Shown here in pieces: positions 1-9,344 of a DNA stretch of 37,979 nucleotides. The stretch spans positions 1 through 37,979 of the forward strand of contig CBFGJZ010000016.1 of the NCBI GenBank assembly GCA_965649215.1, given 5' to 3'. The notes beneath the pieces are model-generated. The model had not been told where the DNA came from and made no database searches. It saw only the letters and a list, made by a program, of their open reading frames with translations. The stretch's first letter is position 1. Each line of letters opens with the position of its first letter. Source of the DNA: a candidate division WOR-3 bacterium. Lineage in GTDB: Bacteria; Hydrothermota; Tepidihabitantia; Tepidihabitantales; CAIPLT01. Position numbers and translations under genes: made by a program.

Positions 1-1
1 C

Positions 2-844
2 AGTAAATTCGTCTCGGATGGTGATTATTTAGGTACTGAACTGTATGGTACGGTTCGGGCACCAATGTCAATTACTCGAGAAATTATTCGACAAGGCAAG
101 AAACATCTGCGCTTAGCCGGCCAAGGTATTCACGAAATCGATTTGCTGCTCGCAGCTGATTTAGTTGATACCATCGATATTACTTATGTGGCTTGGGAAG
201 TATATGGCATTTCAAATATTTTAAGACGCGCAGTCGAGAGTGGTCGCGTCAAGACTGCGGATTGGTCGAATGGAGCTATCACTTGGCGATTTAAAGCAGC
301 TGCGATGGGAATTCCATTTATCCCGACATTATCTATGTTGGGTACAGATACTTTGAGATATAGTGCAGCAAAGGTTGTGAAATGTCCGTTTACGGGACAA
401 AAAGTAACCCTACTGCCCGCCTTATTTTTAGATGTCGGATTAATCCATGTCCATCGAGCCGATAAATATGGCAATTGTCAAATCGATGGTATTTCGGGTT
501 TTGCCTTTGAATTGGCACGGGCTAGTAAGAAATTAATTATCAGCGCTGAAGAGATAATTGATACAGAAGAAATCCGTAAGTATCCGGAACATACAATTAT
601 TCCTTATTTCTTAGTTGACGCAGTGGTGCATGCTCCTTATGGTTCGCATCCCGGTGAAATGTGCTATAAATATTGGCGAGATGAAGAACACCTAAAAGCA
701 TTTTTAGAAGATTCTAAAGATGTCGCTAAAACTAAAGCTTATCTGGATAAGTATGTTTATGGTGTCAAAAATCACAATGAATATATTGACCTTATTGGAC
801 GTGATCATCTTAAAAAACTTGAAACAATGATTGGAGGTCGATAA
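2..844 (+). CDS. CoA-transferase subunit A (glutaconate CoA-transferase GctA-like, family I); 5'-truncated by the window edge
   Basis: Frame is open from position 2 (SKFVSDGDYLGTELYGTVRAPM...), so the track start at 65 is internal. Motifs RFKAAAMGIPFIP, DVGLIHVHRADKYGN, IISAEEII, VDAVVHAPYGSHP are typical of GctA/AcdA-type alpha subunits. Stop overlaps the next ATG (TAATG). Confidence 0.88.
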   Translation, partial: SKFVSDGDYLGTELYGTVRAPMSITREIIRQGKKHLRLAGQGIHEIDLLLAADLVDTIDITYVAWEVYGISNILRRAVESGRVKTADWSNGAITWRFKAAAMGIPFIPTLSMLGTDTLRYSAAKVVKCPFTGQKVTLLPALFLDVGLIHVHRADKYGNCQIDGISGFAFELARASKKLIISAEEIIDTEEIRKYPEHTIIPYFLVDAVVHAPYGSHPGEMCYKYWRDEEHLKAFLEDSKDVAKTKAYLDKYVYGVKNHNEYIDLIGRDHLKKLETMIGGR

Positions 845-1608
845 TGCCTGAATATAATGAAACTGAATTTTTAATTTGTGTTGCATCGCGCTTAATGGCC
901 GATCGCACTGTTGCTTTTGTCGGTACCGGTATTCCTATGCTTGCTGCGTCTTTAGCCAAAAAGATGCACGCACCAGATTTAATCGTTGCCTTTGAATTTG
1001 GTGGTATTGGTGCGAGTTTAGAGAAATTACCATTAGGGGTCGGAGATTCAAGAACTTTTCATAAAGCAGTAATTGCCAGCGGGATTTGTGATGCGATGGA
1101 AACGGCTCAACGAGGATTTATTGAATATGGCTTTTTGGGTGGTGCCCAGATTGATATGTATGGCAATTTAAATACAACCGTGATTGGAAAATATTGGCCA
1201 CCCAAAGTAAGACTCCCTGGTTCAGGAGGAGCTAATGATGTTGGTTCGCATTGTTGGAAGACAATTGCGATTATGCGACAACATGATGTTAAGCGATTTG
1301 TTAAAAAACTGGATTTTCTAACTACCCCTGGTTATTTAACAGGACCCGGTGCTCGAGAAGAAGCAGGTTTACCACCAAACACCGGTCCCTATCGGGTCGT
1401 TAGTAATCTTGGTTTGATGGGTTATGATGAAAAAACTAAACGTATGATGTTACTTAAGACTAATCCAGGGGTGAGCGTTACTCAGGTTATAGAAAATACG
1501 GAATTTGAAATGTTAGTGGCTGACCAAGTTGGTGTTAATGAACCTCCAACTGAAGAAGAATTACGAATACTTCGCAACGAAGTCGATCCGGATCGATTAT
1601 ATATTTAA
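844..1608 (+). CDS. CoA-transferase subunit B (GctB-like)
   Basis: FVGTGIP, putative catalytic Glu in AFEFGG, FLGGAQIDMYGNLNTT, RLPGSGGAND, FVKKLDFLTTPG, C-terminal PPTEEELRILR. GGAGG SD upstream and coupling to subunit A. Confidence 0.88.
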   Translation: MPEYNETEFLICVASRLMADRTVAFVGTGIPMLAASLAKKMHAPDLIVAFEFGGIGASLEKLPLGVGDSRTFHKAVIASGICDAMETAQRGFIEYGFLGGAQIDMYGNLNTTVIGKYWPPKVRLPGSGGANDVGSHCWKTIAIMRQHDVKRFVKKLDFLTTPGYLTGPGAREEAGLPPNTGPYRVVSNLGLMGYDEKTKRMMLLKTNPGVSVTQVIENTEFEMLVADQVGVNEPPTEEELRILRNEVDPDRLYI

Positions 1609-1626
1609 AAAGCAGAAGGGGAAAAA

Positions 1627-2802
1627 ATGGCGTTTCAAGTTGACGGTCCACGATTAGCAAAAAAATACGAAGATTTTCGTGTTGAAGTAGCTGAGTTTGC
1701 TCAAAATAACATTTTACCTTGTGCGTCTGATATTTACAAGCAGGAACGATTTCCGATTGAAATAATAAAAAAATTAGCAGAAAAAGGTTACTTAGGCATT
1801 CCTTATCCTAAAGAATATGGGGGATTAGGTTTAGATTATTTAAGTTATGCTATTGCGGCTGAAGAGATATCACGGGTGTGTGCTTCTACGGGCTTAACAG
1901 TTTGTGCTCATACTTCATTAGGTACTTATCCGATATATCGATTTGGTAGTAATGAACAAAAGAAGAAATATCTAACGCAATTAGCGTCTGGAAAAATACT
2001 GGGCGCATTTGGTCTTACAGAACCGAATGCAGGTTCAGATGCAGCGTCCATTGAAACAACTGCCAAAGAAGTCACTGATGGATTTGTTATAAATGGCACC
2101 AAAAGATTTATTACTTCGGCAGAGTATGCAGGGACAGTAATAGTTGCAGCAACGCATGACAAGAAATTAGGCATAAATGGAATAAGTTGTTTTATTGTAG
2201 AAACGAATTTTCAAGGATTTTCAGTTGGTCAAAGGGAACATAAACTTGGTCTTTTAGCATCAAATACGGTGGAATTGATATTTGAAGATTGTTTTGTGCC
2301 TAAAGAAAATCTTTTAGGTGAGCAGTATAATGGTTATAAAATCTTTATGGAAACTTTAGATGGTGGTCGAATAAGTATCGGCGGCCATGCTTTAGGAATC
2401 GCGCAAGGTGCGTTTGATGTGGGACTTAGTTGGTTACAAAAACATCCGATTAAATCCCAACAAATATCAAAAATTATTGCAGATGTAACAACTCATATTT
2501 ATGCTGCACGCCTGATGGTATATGATGCCGCAATGAAAAAAGATGCTGGGTTACGGGCCGACCAAGAAGCGGCGATGGCTAAGTTATATGCTTCTGAAGT
2601 TGGCACTTGGGTTAGTGGCGAGATGATTCGTATGATTGGCTATGAAGCCTTAACCAGTGATTTAGCCGCAGAGCGATTTTATCGAGATGCTAAATTATCT
2701 GAAATTGGTGAAGGTACTTCTGAGGTGATGCGTTTGATTATTGCAAGAGAGATGCTAAGAAAGTTTAAAGGTGAAGAAAAACCAGATGTCTTTAGAAAAT
2801 AA
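1627..2802 (+). CDS. Acyl-CoA dehydrogenase family protein (atypical copy lacking the RxQFG and QxxGGxG motifs)
   Basis: PKEYGGLG, GAFGLTEPNAGSDA, INGTKRFIT, ELIFEDCFVPKENLLG, RFYRDAKLSEIGEGTSE (catalytic Glu retained). Confidence 0.92.
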   Translation: MAFQVDGPRLAKKYEDFRVEVAEFAQNNILPCASDIYKQERFPIEIIKKLAEKGYLGIPYPKEYGGLGLDYLSYAIAAEEISRVCASTGLTVCAHTSLGTYPIYRFGSNEQKKKYLTQLASGKILGAFGLTEPNAGSDAASIETTAKEVTDGFVINGTKRFITSAEYAGTVIVAATHDKKLGINGISCFIVETNFQGFSVGQREHKLGLLASNTVELIFEDCFVPKENLLGEQYNGYKIFMETLDGGRISIGGHALGIAQGAFDVGLSWLQKHPIKSQQISKIIADVTTHIYAARLMVYDAAMKKDAGLRADQEAAMAKLYASEVGTWVSGEMIRMIGYEALTSDLAAERFYRDAKLSEIGEGTSEVMRLIIAREMLRKFKGEEKPDVFRK

Positions 2803-2808
2803 AAAGTT

Positions 2809-2883
2809 GCCACAGAGTAAAAAAAGACACAGCAAGATGAAATCTTCAGAGATTAAAAATTGTGTTCTTTGTTTCTCGGTGGT
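2809..2883. repeat. Imperfect intergenic inverted repeat (about 75 nt hairpin)
   Basis: GCCACAGAG...AAAGACACAG (2809-2832) pairs with TTGTGTTCTTTG...CTCGGTGGT (2860-2883). An inner AAGAT-GAA-ATCTT mini-hairpin is also present. Confidence 0.55.
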
Positions 2884-2901
2884 GTATGTAGAGGAGATAA
2901 T

Positions 2902-4044
2902 ATGAATTTTGATTTAACTGAAAATCAAAAATTAATTCAAGATATGATGCGTAAATTTGCCAAAGAAGAATTAGAACCGAAAGCAGCTGAAATTGATAAA
3001 AGCGGTGAGTATCCCATTGAAAATATAAAAAAATTAGCTGAACTGGGTATTATGGGAATGATTGTACCGGAAGAATATGGCGGTGCTGGATTTGATTTTA
3101 TTAGTTTAGCAGTTGCGATTGAAGAGATCTCTAAAGCCTGTGGTTCTACAGGGGTTATTACAGCAGTTCATAATTCATTAGTCTGTTATCCCATTTTAAC
3201 TTATGGTACCGAAGAACAGAAAAAGAAATATCTACCAAAACTAACAAGCGGGGAAATTATAGGTGCTTTTGCGTTGACCGAGCCTAATGCTGGTTCAGAT
3301 CCAGCAAGTTTAGAAACCAGTGCTCGCAGAGATGGCGATTATTATATTCTTAATGGTTCAAAACGATTTATCACCTCAGGTGGTAAGGCCGGTATCTTCA
3401 TTGTAATGGCAACGATTGATAAATCTAAAGGACATAAAGGAATTTGCGCTTTTATTGTAGAGAGAAACAGTCCTGGTTTTTCAGTCGGTAAACATGAAGA
3501 TTTGATGGGCCTTAGAGCAACGGATAATTGCGAACTGATCTTTGAAGATTGTCGAATCCCAAAAGAGAATTTGTTAGGTACAGAAGGACAAGGATTTAAA
3601 ATTGCCTTAAGCCTTTTAGATGTGTCTCGAATTGATATTGGTGCACAGGCCATCGGTATTGCCCAGGGTGCTTTAGAAAAATCAATTCAATATGCGAAAG
3701 AACGAAAACAATTTGGTCGTCCCATTGCAGAATTTGAGTTGATTCAAGCAAAACTTGCCGAAATGGCAATGAAAATTCAAGCTGCTCGTCTCTTAACCTA
3801 TTACGCTGCTTTCCTAAAAGATAAAGGAGTAGCAAGATTTTCTCAAGAGTCTTCATTTGCTAAATTATTTTCAGCAACAATTGCAGTAGAAGTTAGTAGA
3901 GAAGCTGTGCAGATTTTCGGTGGTTATGGTTATTCAAAAGATTATCCCGTAGAGAGATATTATCGTGAAGCAAAATGTCTTGAAATTTATGAAGGAACTT
4001 CTGAAATCCAAAAAATAGTTATCGCCCGCAATCTCTTGAGCTAA
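2902..4044 (+). CDS. Acyl-CoA dehydrogenase, short/branched-chain (butyryl-CoA dehydrogenase-like)
   Basis: True start is probably ATG 2902 (MNFDLTENQK) with SD GAGGAG at 2891-2896. Complete canonical motifs: FALTEPNAGSD, RKQFGRPI, QIFGGYGY, IYEGTSEIQ. Confidence 0.95.
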   Translation: MNFDLTENQKLIQDMMRKFAKEELEPKAAEIDKSGEYPIENIKKLAELGIMGMIVPEEYGGAGFDFISLAVAIEEISKACGSTGVITAVHNSLVCYPILTYGTEEQKKKYLPKLTSGEIIGAFALTEPNAGSDPASLETSARRDGDYYILNGSKRFITSGGKAGIFIVMATIDKSKGHKGICAFIVERNSPGFSVGKHEDLMGLRATDNCELIFEDCRIPKENLLGTEGQGFKIALSLLDVSRIDIGAQAIGIAQGALEKSIQYAKERKQFGRPIAEFELIQAKLAEMAMKIQAARLLTYYAAFLKDKGVARFSQESSFAKLFSATIAVEVSREAVQIFGGYGYSKDYPVERYYREAKCLEIYEGTSEIQKIVIARNLLS

Positions 4045-4116
4045 AGTAAAAAAAAGATATTATTAAATATTACGCATCAAGATTAGCTTTGAGAAGTAAC
4101 AGCAACAAAAAAAATA

Positions 4117-5607
4117 TTAGTGCCTAAAATGTCGAATGCCAGTAAAGAGGAGAGCGATGTCATTTTCATTTGCCGCTTGAATAACTTCTTTGTCACCAAT
4201 TGACCCGCCAGGTTCAACAATTGCTTTAACACCGTTTTGAGCAGCTAAATCAATTGAGTCACGAAAGGGGAAAAATCCATCTGATGCCATAACTGCGCCA
4301 TTTAATTTTCCTTGGGCTTTTTTAATTGCAATTTCAACGGAGTCTACTCGTGAAGTTTGACCACCACCAATACCAACGGTTGTTTTGTTTTTACTTAAGA
4401 CAATAGCGTTCGACTTTACAAATTTCGCCACCTTCCAAGCAAATTCAAGTTCAGTCAATTCGTCCTGCGTTGGTTTACGATTAGAAACTACTTTCCAGTC
4501 ATTAATGTTTTCTTTGATAATATCTTTTTCTTGTACTAATAGACCGCCAAGACAATTCCGAAGTTGTATTTTAGTGCTTTCTCCTGAATATTCTAAAACT
4601 CGCAAATTTTTCTTATTTTTAAGGACGGTTAGTGCTTGAGATGAAAACGATGGTGCAATAATAACTTCTAAGAAAATTTTGGTCATTTCTAGAGCTGTTT
4701 GGTCATCAACAGGTTGATTAAAAGCGACAATACCTCCAAAAGCAGATTTTCTATCAGCTTCAAATGCTTTCAGATAAGCATCTTTAACAGTGTTTGCGCA
4801 AGCAACCCCACATGGGCTATTATGTTTAACTATGGCACAAGTAATTTCGTTGAAATCTTGGATGATCGATAAGACTGCTTCTAAGTCTAACAAATTATTA
4901 TAAGAAATTTCTTTACCTTGTAGTTGTCGCATCGTAAAATTAGAAAATGGATCTTGATAATAAAATGCTTTTTGATGAGGATTTTCACCATAACGAAGGG
5001 GCAAAGTTTTAATATAAGTTTTAGTAAAATATTCCGCAAAATCAACTGCGCTAAATTGTAAAGAAAAATATTCAGCAATTATGGTATCATAATGAGCAAC
5101 TATTTCAAAAGTTTTATGAGCTAATAATTGACGAGTTTCAATCGTAATTGTATGGTGATCGTTGAGTTCTTTGATAATCATGGGGTAGAATTTTTTATCC
5201 GGCACAACGGTAACAAATTGATGGTTTTTAGCACCAGCACGTAATAAAGTAACACCTCCGATATCAATCAATTCAATCATTTCAGACAGAGTTAGATTTT
5301 TTTTCAGAGATTCTTCAAAAGGATAGAGATTACAGACTACAATATCAATTGGTTCAATAGTATTGTCCTTGCGATAGGAAAGAATGCCACCAGCAATTTT
5401 GGGATGAAGTGTTTTAACTCGACCACCTAAAATCTCTTCTGCTTTGGTAAATTGTGAAACTTCAACGATTGGAATATTGGCTTGTTTTAATATTTCGGCG
5501 GTTTTAGCAGTAGCGAGAATTTCGATATTGTGTTCGGAAAATACTTTTGCTAAATCAATAATTCCTTCTTTGTCATAGACACTGATAATTGCTCTGATTG
5601 GTTTCAT
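4117..5607 (-). CDS. purH: Bifunctional AICAR transformylase / IMP cyclohydrolase
   Basis: RAIISVYDK, GGRVKTLHP, VVCNLYPF, IDIGG, LRYGENPHQ, KHNSPCGVA, KSNAIV, GQTSRVDS, ASDGFFPFRD, PGGSIGD, C-terminal RHFRH. Confidence 0.97.
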   Translation of the reverse strand: MKPIRAIISVYDKEGIIDLAKVFSEHNIEILATAKTAEILKQANIPIVEVSQFTKAEEILGGRVKTLHPKIAGGILSYRKDNTIEPIDIVVCNLYPFEESLKKNLTLSEMIELIDIGGVTLLRAGAKNHQFVTVVPDKKFYPMIIKELNDHHTITIETRQLLAHKTFEIVAHYDTIIAEYFSLQFSAVDFAEYFTKTYIKTLPLRYGENPHQKAFYYQDPFSNFTMRQLQGKEISYNNLLDLEAVLSIIQDFNEITCAIVKHNSPCGVACANTVKDAYLKAFEADRKSAFGGIVAFNQPVDDQTALEMTKIFLEVIIAPSFSSQALTVLKNKKNLRVLEYSGESTKIQLRNCLGGLLVQEKDIIKENINDWKVVSNRKPTQDELTELEFAWKVAKFVKSNAIVLSKNKTTVGIGGGQTSRVDSVEIAIKKAQGKLNGAVMASDGFFPFRDSIDLAAQNGVKAIVEPGGSIGDKEVIQAANENDIALLFTGIRHFRH

Positions 5608-6801
5608 TTATGCTCCGTATTTCTTTAATTTTAAACTATGGGCTAATAATAATGACATTACTTGAGTTTGATAAAATTGACCAAGACTGCCTTGAGCACA
5701 ATTTTTTTCTGAAAATTTATTTATATAGTCAGGACGACCGAATGGCGAATAAAGTAAAAATGGGTTGGGATGCCAAGAATGTCCCTTGAGCAATGCAGGG
5801 GTTGAATGGTCCGAAGTGATAGCAAGAACATCAAAATTAAGTGAAATTATTTGGAGTAATAAATTATCAAATTGTTCAATTAGCTTTACTTTACCTGCAA
5901 AATCGCCGTCTTCGCCTTTCATATCTACTTCTTTAAAATGAAGATAAAAGAAGTTGTAATCAGAAAAATGTTGATGAAGCGCGTCGAGTTCGTCTTGCCA
6001 AGTTTCTTGGCAAGCTAAGATATCCATACCGACCAACCGAGCAATGCCTTTATACATTGGATAAGTAGCAATTGCAGCAGGTTTAATTTTATAAAGTTCT
6101 GACATCGGAGTCAAATTGGGAAGTTGAGCAAATCCTCGCAGCAAAAGATAATTTGCGTGGGGTTCGTTGTTGATTATTTGAGCGACTTGATCAATAAATT
6201 CATTAACAATTTGTGCGGTTTTGGTTGCTTGTTCTGTTAAAGGTTTAATTCTATAAGGTGGTCGATTTTCTTTTTGGGGATCAGATTCCGTAACTTGGGC
6301 GGATAGATTTTTACCCCGAAAGACAACTACAAAGCGATGTTCTTTGCCAGCTTTAATAATAATTTCAGTATTATTGATTTCTTTAATTCTGTCCGACAAG
6401 ATTTCACATAATTGTTGGTTTTTTTCGGTTGTAATACGTCCTGCACGACGGTCAATTATAATGCCATTTTGGATGGTAGCAAAATTAGCCCGCACACATA
6501 AATCATCAGGACCAACCTCTAAACCAACCCCTAATGCTTCAAGAACACCACGACCAATTTGGTATTTTATAGGATCATAGCCAAAAAGGGCAAGATGTGC
6601 AGGTCCACTACCAGGTGTGATACCTAAATCGATTGGAATAGAGAGCCCCAATGTGCTTTTAGATGTTAAATGATCAAGATTAGGGGTGTACGCAGTTTCT
6701 AATTCGGTTTTATTATTAAGAGGTAGACCTCCCAAACCATCAATAACGATAAGACAAATCTTTCTTTCATTTTCTGTAATAAGAGATTTGATTATTTCCA
6801 T
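5608..6801 (-). CDS. apgM: 2,3-BPG-independent phosphoglycerate mutase, archaeal-type (ApgM)
   Basis: IDGLGG, TELETAYTPNLD, PGSGPAHLALFGYDP, GRGVLEALG, DRRAGRI, KEHRF, TSDHSTP, HSWHPNP. Stop abuts the purH start. Confidence 0.93.
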   Translation of the reverse strand: MEIIKSLITENERKICLIVIDGLGGLPLNNKTELETAYTPNLDHLTSKSTLGLSIPIDLGITPGSGPAHLALFGYDPIKYQIGRGVLEALGVGLEVGPDDLCVRANFATIQNGIIIDRRAGRITTEKNQQLCEILSDRIKEINNTEIIIKAGKEHRFVVVFRGKNLSAQVTESDPQKENRPPYRIKPLTEQATKTAQIVNEFIDQVAQIINNEPHANYLLLRGFAQLPNLTPMSELYKIKPAAIATYPMYKGIARLVGMDILACQETWQDELDALHQHFSDYNFFYLHFKEVDMKGEDGDFAGKVKLIEQFDNLLLQIISLNFDVLAITSDHSTPALLKGHSWHPNPFLLYSPFGRPDYINKFSEKNCAQGSLGQFYQTQVMSLLLAHSLKLKKYGA

Positions 6802-6807
6802 TGCATC

Positions 6808-6836
6808 ATTGTGTCAATAATTTCTTAAAAAGTCAA
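6808..6836 (-). promoter_or_regulatory. Sigma70-type promoter for apgM-purH (leaderless geometry)
   Basis: Minus strand TTGACT-N17-CACAAT with TGn extension, 6 nt before ATG 6801. No SD. Confidence 0.55.
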
Positions 6837-6887
6837 GAATATCATCACGGTATAGATAAATTCACTCACTAATCAAATTAAGTAGTG

Positions 6888-6915
6888 TTGACATTCTATT
6901 ATTTATCAGTAAAAT
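6888..6915 (+). promoter_or_regulatory. Sigma70-type promoter for the rpmF-plsX operon
   Basis: TTGACA-N16-TAAAAT. The leader contains SD GAGGAGGAG before ATG 6996. Confidence 0.6.
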
Positions 6916-6995
6916 CAATATGTGCAAACATTTTTTATTTTTGTTATAAAGGATAATATAGAGAAGAATATATTATTTTTAGTGAGGAGGAGTTA

Positions 6996-7184
6996 ATGCC
7001 TTTACCAAAACGAAGACATTCAAAACAACGGGGACGAAAACGAAGAACACATTGGAAACTTTCAGAACCGACTTTAATTGAATGTCCCCATTGTCATAAA
7101 ATGAAATTACCACATCGAATTTGTCCCAGTTGTGGTTATTATGATGGCGAAGAAGTTTTAGTGATTAAGAAAAAAGAAAAATAG
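6996..7184 (+). CDS. rpmF: 50S ribosomal protein L32 (Zn-ribbon form)
   Basis: MPLPKRRHSKQRGRKRRTH, CPHC...PHRICPSCGYY, strong SD, directly upstream of plsX. Confidence 0.97.
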   Translation: MPLPKRRHSKQRGRKRRTHWKLSEPTLIECPHCHKMKLPHRICPSCGYYDGEEVLVIKKKEK

Positions 7185-7221
7185 CTGTTTAGTGATATAA
7201 TATTATCTTAGTGAATATAAA

Positions 7222-8211
7222 ATGAGAATTGCTTTAGATGCAATGGGGAGTGACAAAGCACCACAACCAGAATTAAAGGGAATGCAAGATGCTTTAGCCG
7301 AATTTGCTGATTTAGAGATAAGTTTAATTGGCAAAAAAGAGTTAATTAATAACAATGATTTAACTCAATCAGCCCAATGTCAAATCGTTCACAGCGAAGA
7401 AGTAGTCGGTATGCACGAGTCGGCATCCGAAGCATTGCGCTTAAAAAGAAATTCTTCAATTGCAGTTGCGGTCAATATGTTAAGAGAAAAAAAAGCTGAT
7501 GCAATGGTGAGTGCTGGAAATACTGGGGCAGTGATGGCTTTTGCAATGTCATTTTTAGGTACTATTAAAGGAATTGAACGGCCTGCACTGGCAGCAGTTT
7601 TCCCAAATCCCAAAGGAAGTTCGTTAGTAATAGATATTGGCGCAAATGTTAATGTTAAACCAATAAACTTGTATCAATTTGCAATTATGGGTGCGATCAC
7701 AGCCAGTTATTTGTTTAAAAAAGCGAATCCCACAGTAGGGTTGTTAAATGTTGGGCAAGAAGAGAAAAAAGGACCCGAAGTTATTCAAACTGCTTATCGA
7801 CTTTTACAGGAAAGCGATCTTAATTTTATTGGTAATGTCGAAGGATATGATTTATTAAAAGGAAGTTGTGATGTTATTGTCTGTGATGGATTTGTGGGAA
7901 ATGTTGTATTAAAGTTTGGAGAAGGGATGGCAGAAGTGTTTAGTGAAATATTAGCTGATTATTTAGCATCTGAATCTAAGTATCGACTGCGACGATGGAT
8001 TTCCAAACCAGTATTAAGTGAGTTTATTTCTAAAATGAGTTATGAAGAATATGGTGGTGCGTTATTATTAGGTGTTGACGGAGTTATCGTGATTGGCCAT
8101 GGCCGTTCATCAGCCAAAGCAATTAAGAACGCCATTAAAACTGCAATATTTGCGGTGCAAGGTAAGACGATTGAACATATCAAGGAGAAATTTGATGTTA
8201 ATACAAAATAG
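7222..8211 (+). CDS. plsX: Phosphate acyltransferase PlsX
   Basis: RIALDAMGSD, VSAGNTGA, IERPAL, DIGAN, GLLNVGQEEKKG, NFIGNVEG, CDGFVGNVVLK, YGGALLLGV, GHGRS. Confidence 0.96.
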   Translation: MRIALDAMGSDKAPQPELKGMQDALAEFADLEISLIGKKELINNNDLTQSAQCQIVHSEEVVGMHESASEALRLKRNSSIAVAVNMLREKKADAMVSAGNTGAVMAFAMSFLGTIKGIERPALAAVFPNPKGSSLVIDIGANVNVKPINLYQFAIMGAITASYLFKKANPTVGLLNVGQEEKKGPEVIQTAYRLLQESDLNFIGNVEGYDLLKGSCDVIVCDGFVGNVVLKFGEGMAEVFSEILADYLASESKYRLRRWISKPVLSEFISKMSYEEYGGALLLGVDGVIVIGHGRSSAKAIKNAIKTAIFAVQGKTIEHIKEKFDVNTK

Positions 8212-9337
8212 ATTGATCGCGATTACTATTCTGGGAATTGTTTTGATAATAGGAATTTCTTGCGATAAAGATCCCATAGGTTATGATGAATTAGAACGAA
8301 ATATCGCAGATGCTACTTTCATCGAACTGAGAGTAACGGAACGGGAATGTTATGGTAGATATGTGCCATTAGGTTATTCTAAATATTTAGTGCTTGGGAA
8401 AAATGCAAATTACGAATCACGGATTTTATTACAATTTCCACTCAGCGATACTCTATTAGATTCAATACAAGCTGTTAAATTAGTTTTGTATCCAAATATG
8501 CATAAGGCCATTAGATTTAAGATTCACCCGATTGCTAATGAATGGAAACAGAGTTATGCAACATGGCTTAGAATGGATGAAAATGTTCCTTGGGATAATC
8601 CCCAGGGTGGGGGAGATTTTTATCAAACGATACTTGCTGAAACGACTTTAACTTCAGATAGTTGTATTATTGAATTGAAAAGAAATAAATTGGATACTTT
8701 GGTAAATCATGCTTTTGGTATCATTTTAATACCGGATACATCGGTAAGTGATTTTGCGACAATATTAGCTAAAGAGTTTGGTAGTAAAATACCAAGAATA
8801 GTATATGAGTTTAGAAATTATACTGAAGTCTATTATGCCAATCAAGATTGTCATATTATTGATACAACTAATCTTAATTTAGGTCTGTTTGACTATTGGT
8901 TAGGAAGTGGTTTTGTGTATCGTACTTTATTGAGATTCCCGATTAAAGAATCCATTCCGAATAATGTGACGATCGCCTATGCGGAATTGTTGGTTCCCAT
9001 TAGCCAAACATTTAGTATCACGGACACAGTGATGGTTGCTGTCCGTAAGATTTTAGATTCACTACCATTAGGAGTAAGTACTCGTTTTGCTGACTATGTC
9101 TTGGCAAGAGATACTTTTATTCTGTCACAAGATAGTATGCTGGTTTTTGATGTGCGAAATGTTATTCAATTTTGGAATCAATTTAATGGATTAAACAATC
9201 AGCCTGATTCGGTGTTCGGATTGGTTTTATCAGGATACCCTGAAGAGAGTGGTTTAAGTCGACTTTCGATATTAACAAGTGGTCGAGGTGTTCGTCTGAA
9301 AATTGGTTACTTAACACCACCACCCCGAAGATTCTAA
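8195..9337 (+). CDS. Putative lipoprotein with two DNRLRE/DUF4270-like beta-sandwich repeats
   Basis: Start at ATG 8195 (SD AAGGAG 8182-8187) gives a hydrophobic signal plus lipobox IGIS-C. Repeated SRILLQF / YRTLLRF segments, W...ATW...W...GGGDF and IPNNVTIAYAEL. Overlaps the plsX stop. Domain name is by resemblance only. Confidence 0.65.
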   Translation: MLIQNRLIAITILGIVLIIGISCDKDPIGYDELERNIADATFIELRVTERECYGRYVPLGYSKYLVLGKNANYESRILLQFPLSDTLLDSIQAVKLVLYPNMHKAIRFKIHPIANEWKQSYATWLRMDENVPWDNPQGGGDFYQTILAETTLTSDSCIIELKRNKLDTLVNHAFGIILIPDTSVSDFATILAKEFGSKIPRIVYEFRNYTEVYYANQDCHIIDTTNLNLGLFDYWLGSGFVYRTLLRFPIKESIPNNVTIAYAELLVPISQTFSITDTVMVAVRKILDSLPLGVSTRFADYVLARDTFILSQDSMLVFDVRNVIQFWNQFNGLNNQPDSVFGLVLSGYPEESGLSRLSILTSGRGVRLKIGYLTPPPRRF

Positions 9338-9344
9338 AATACTT

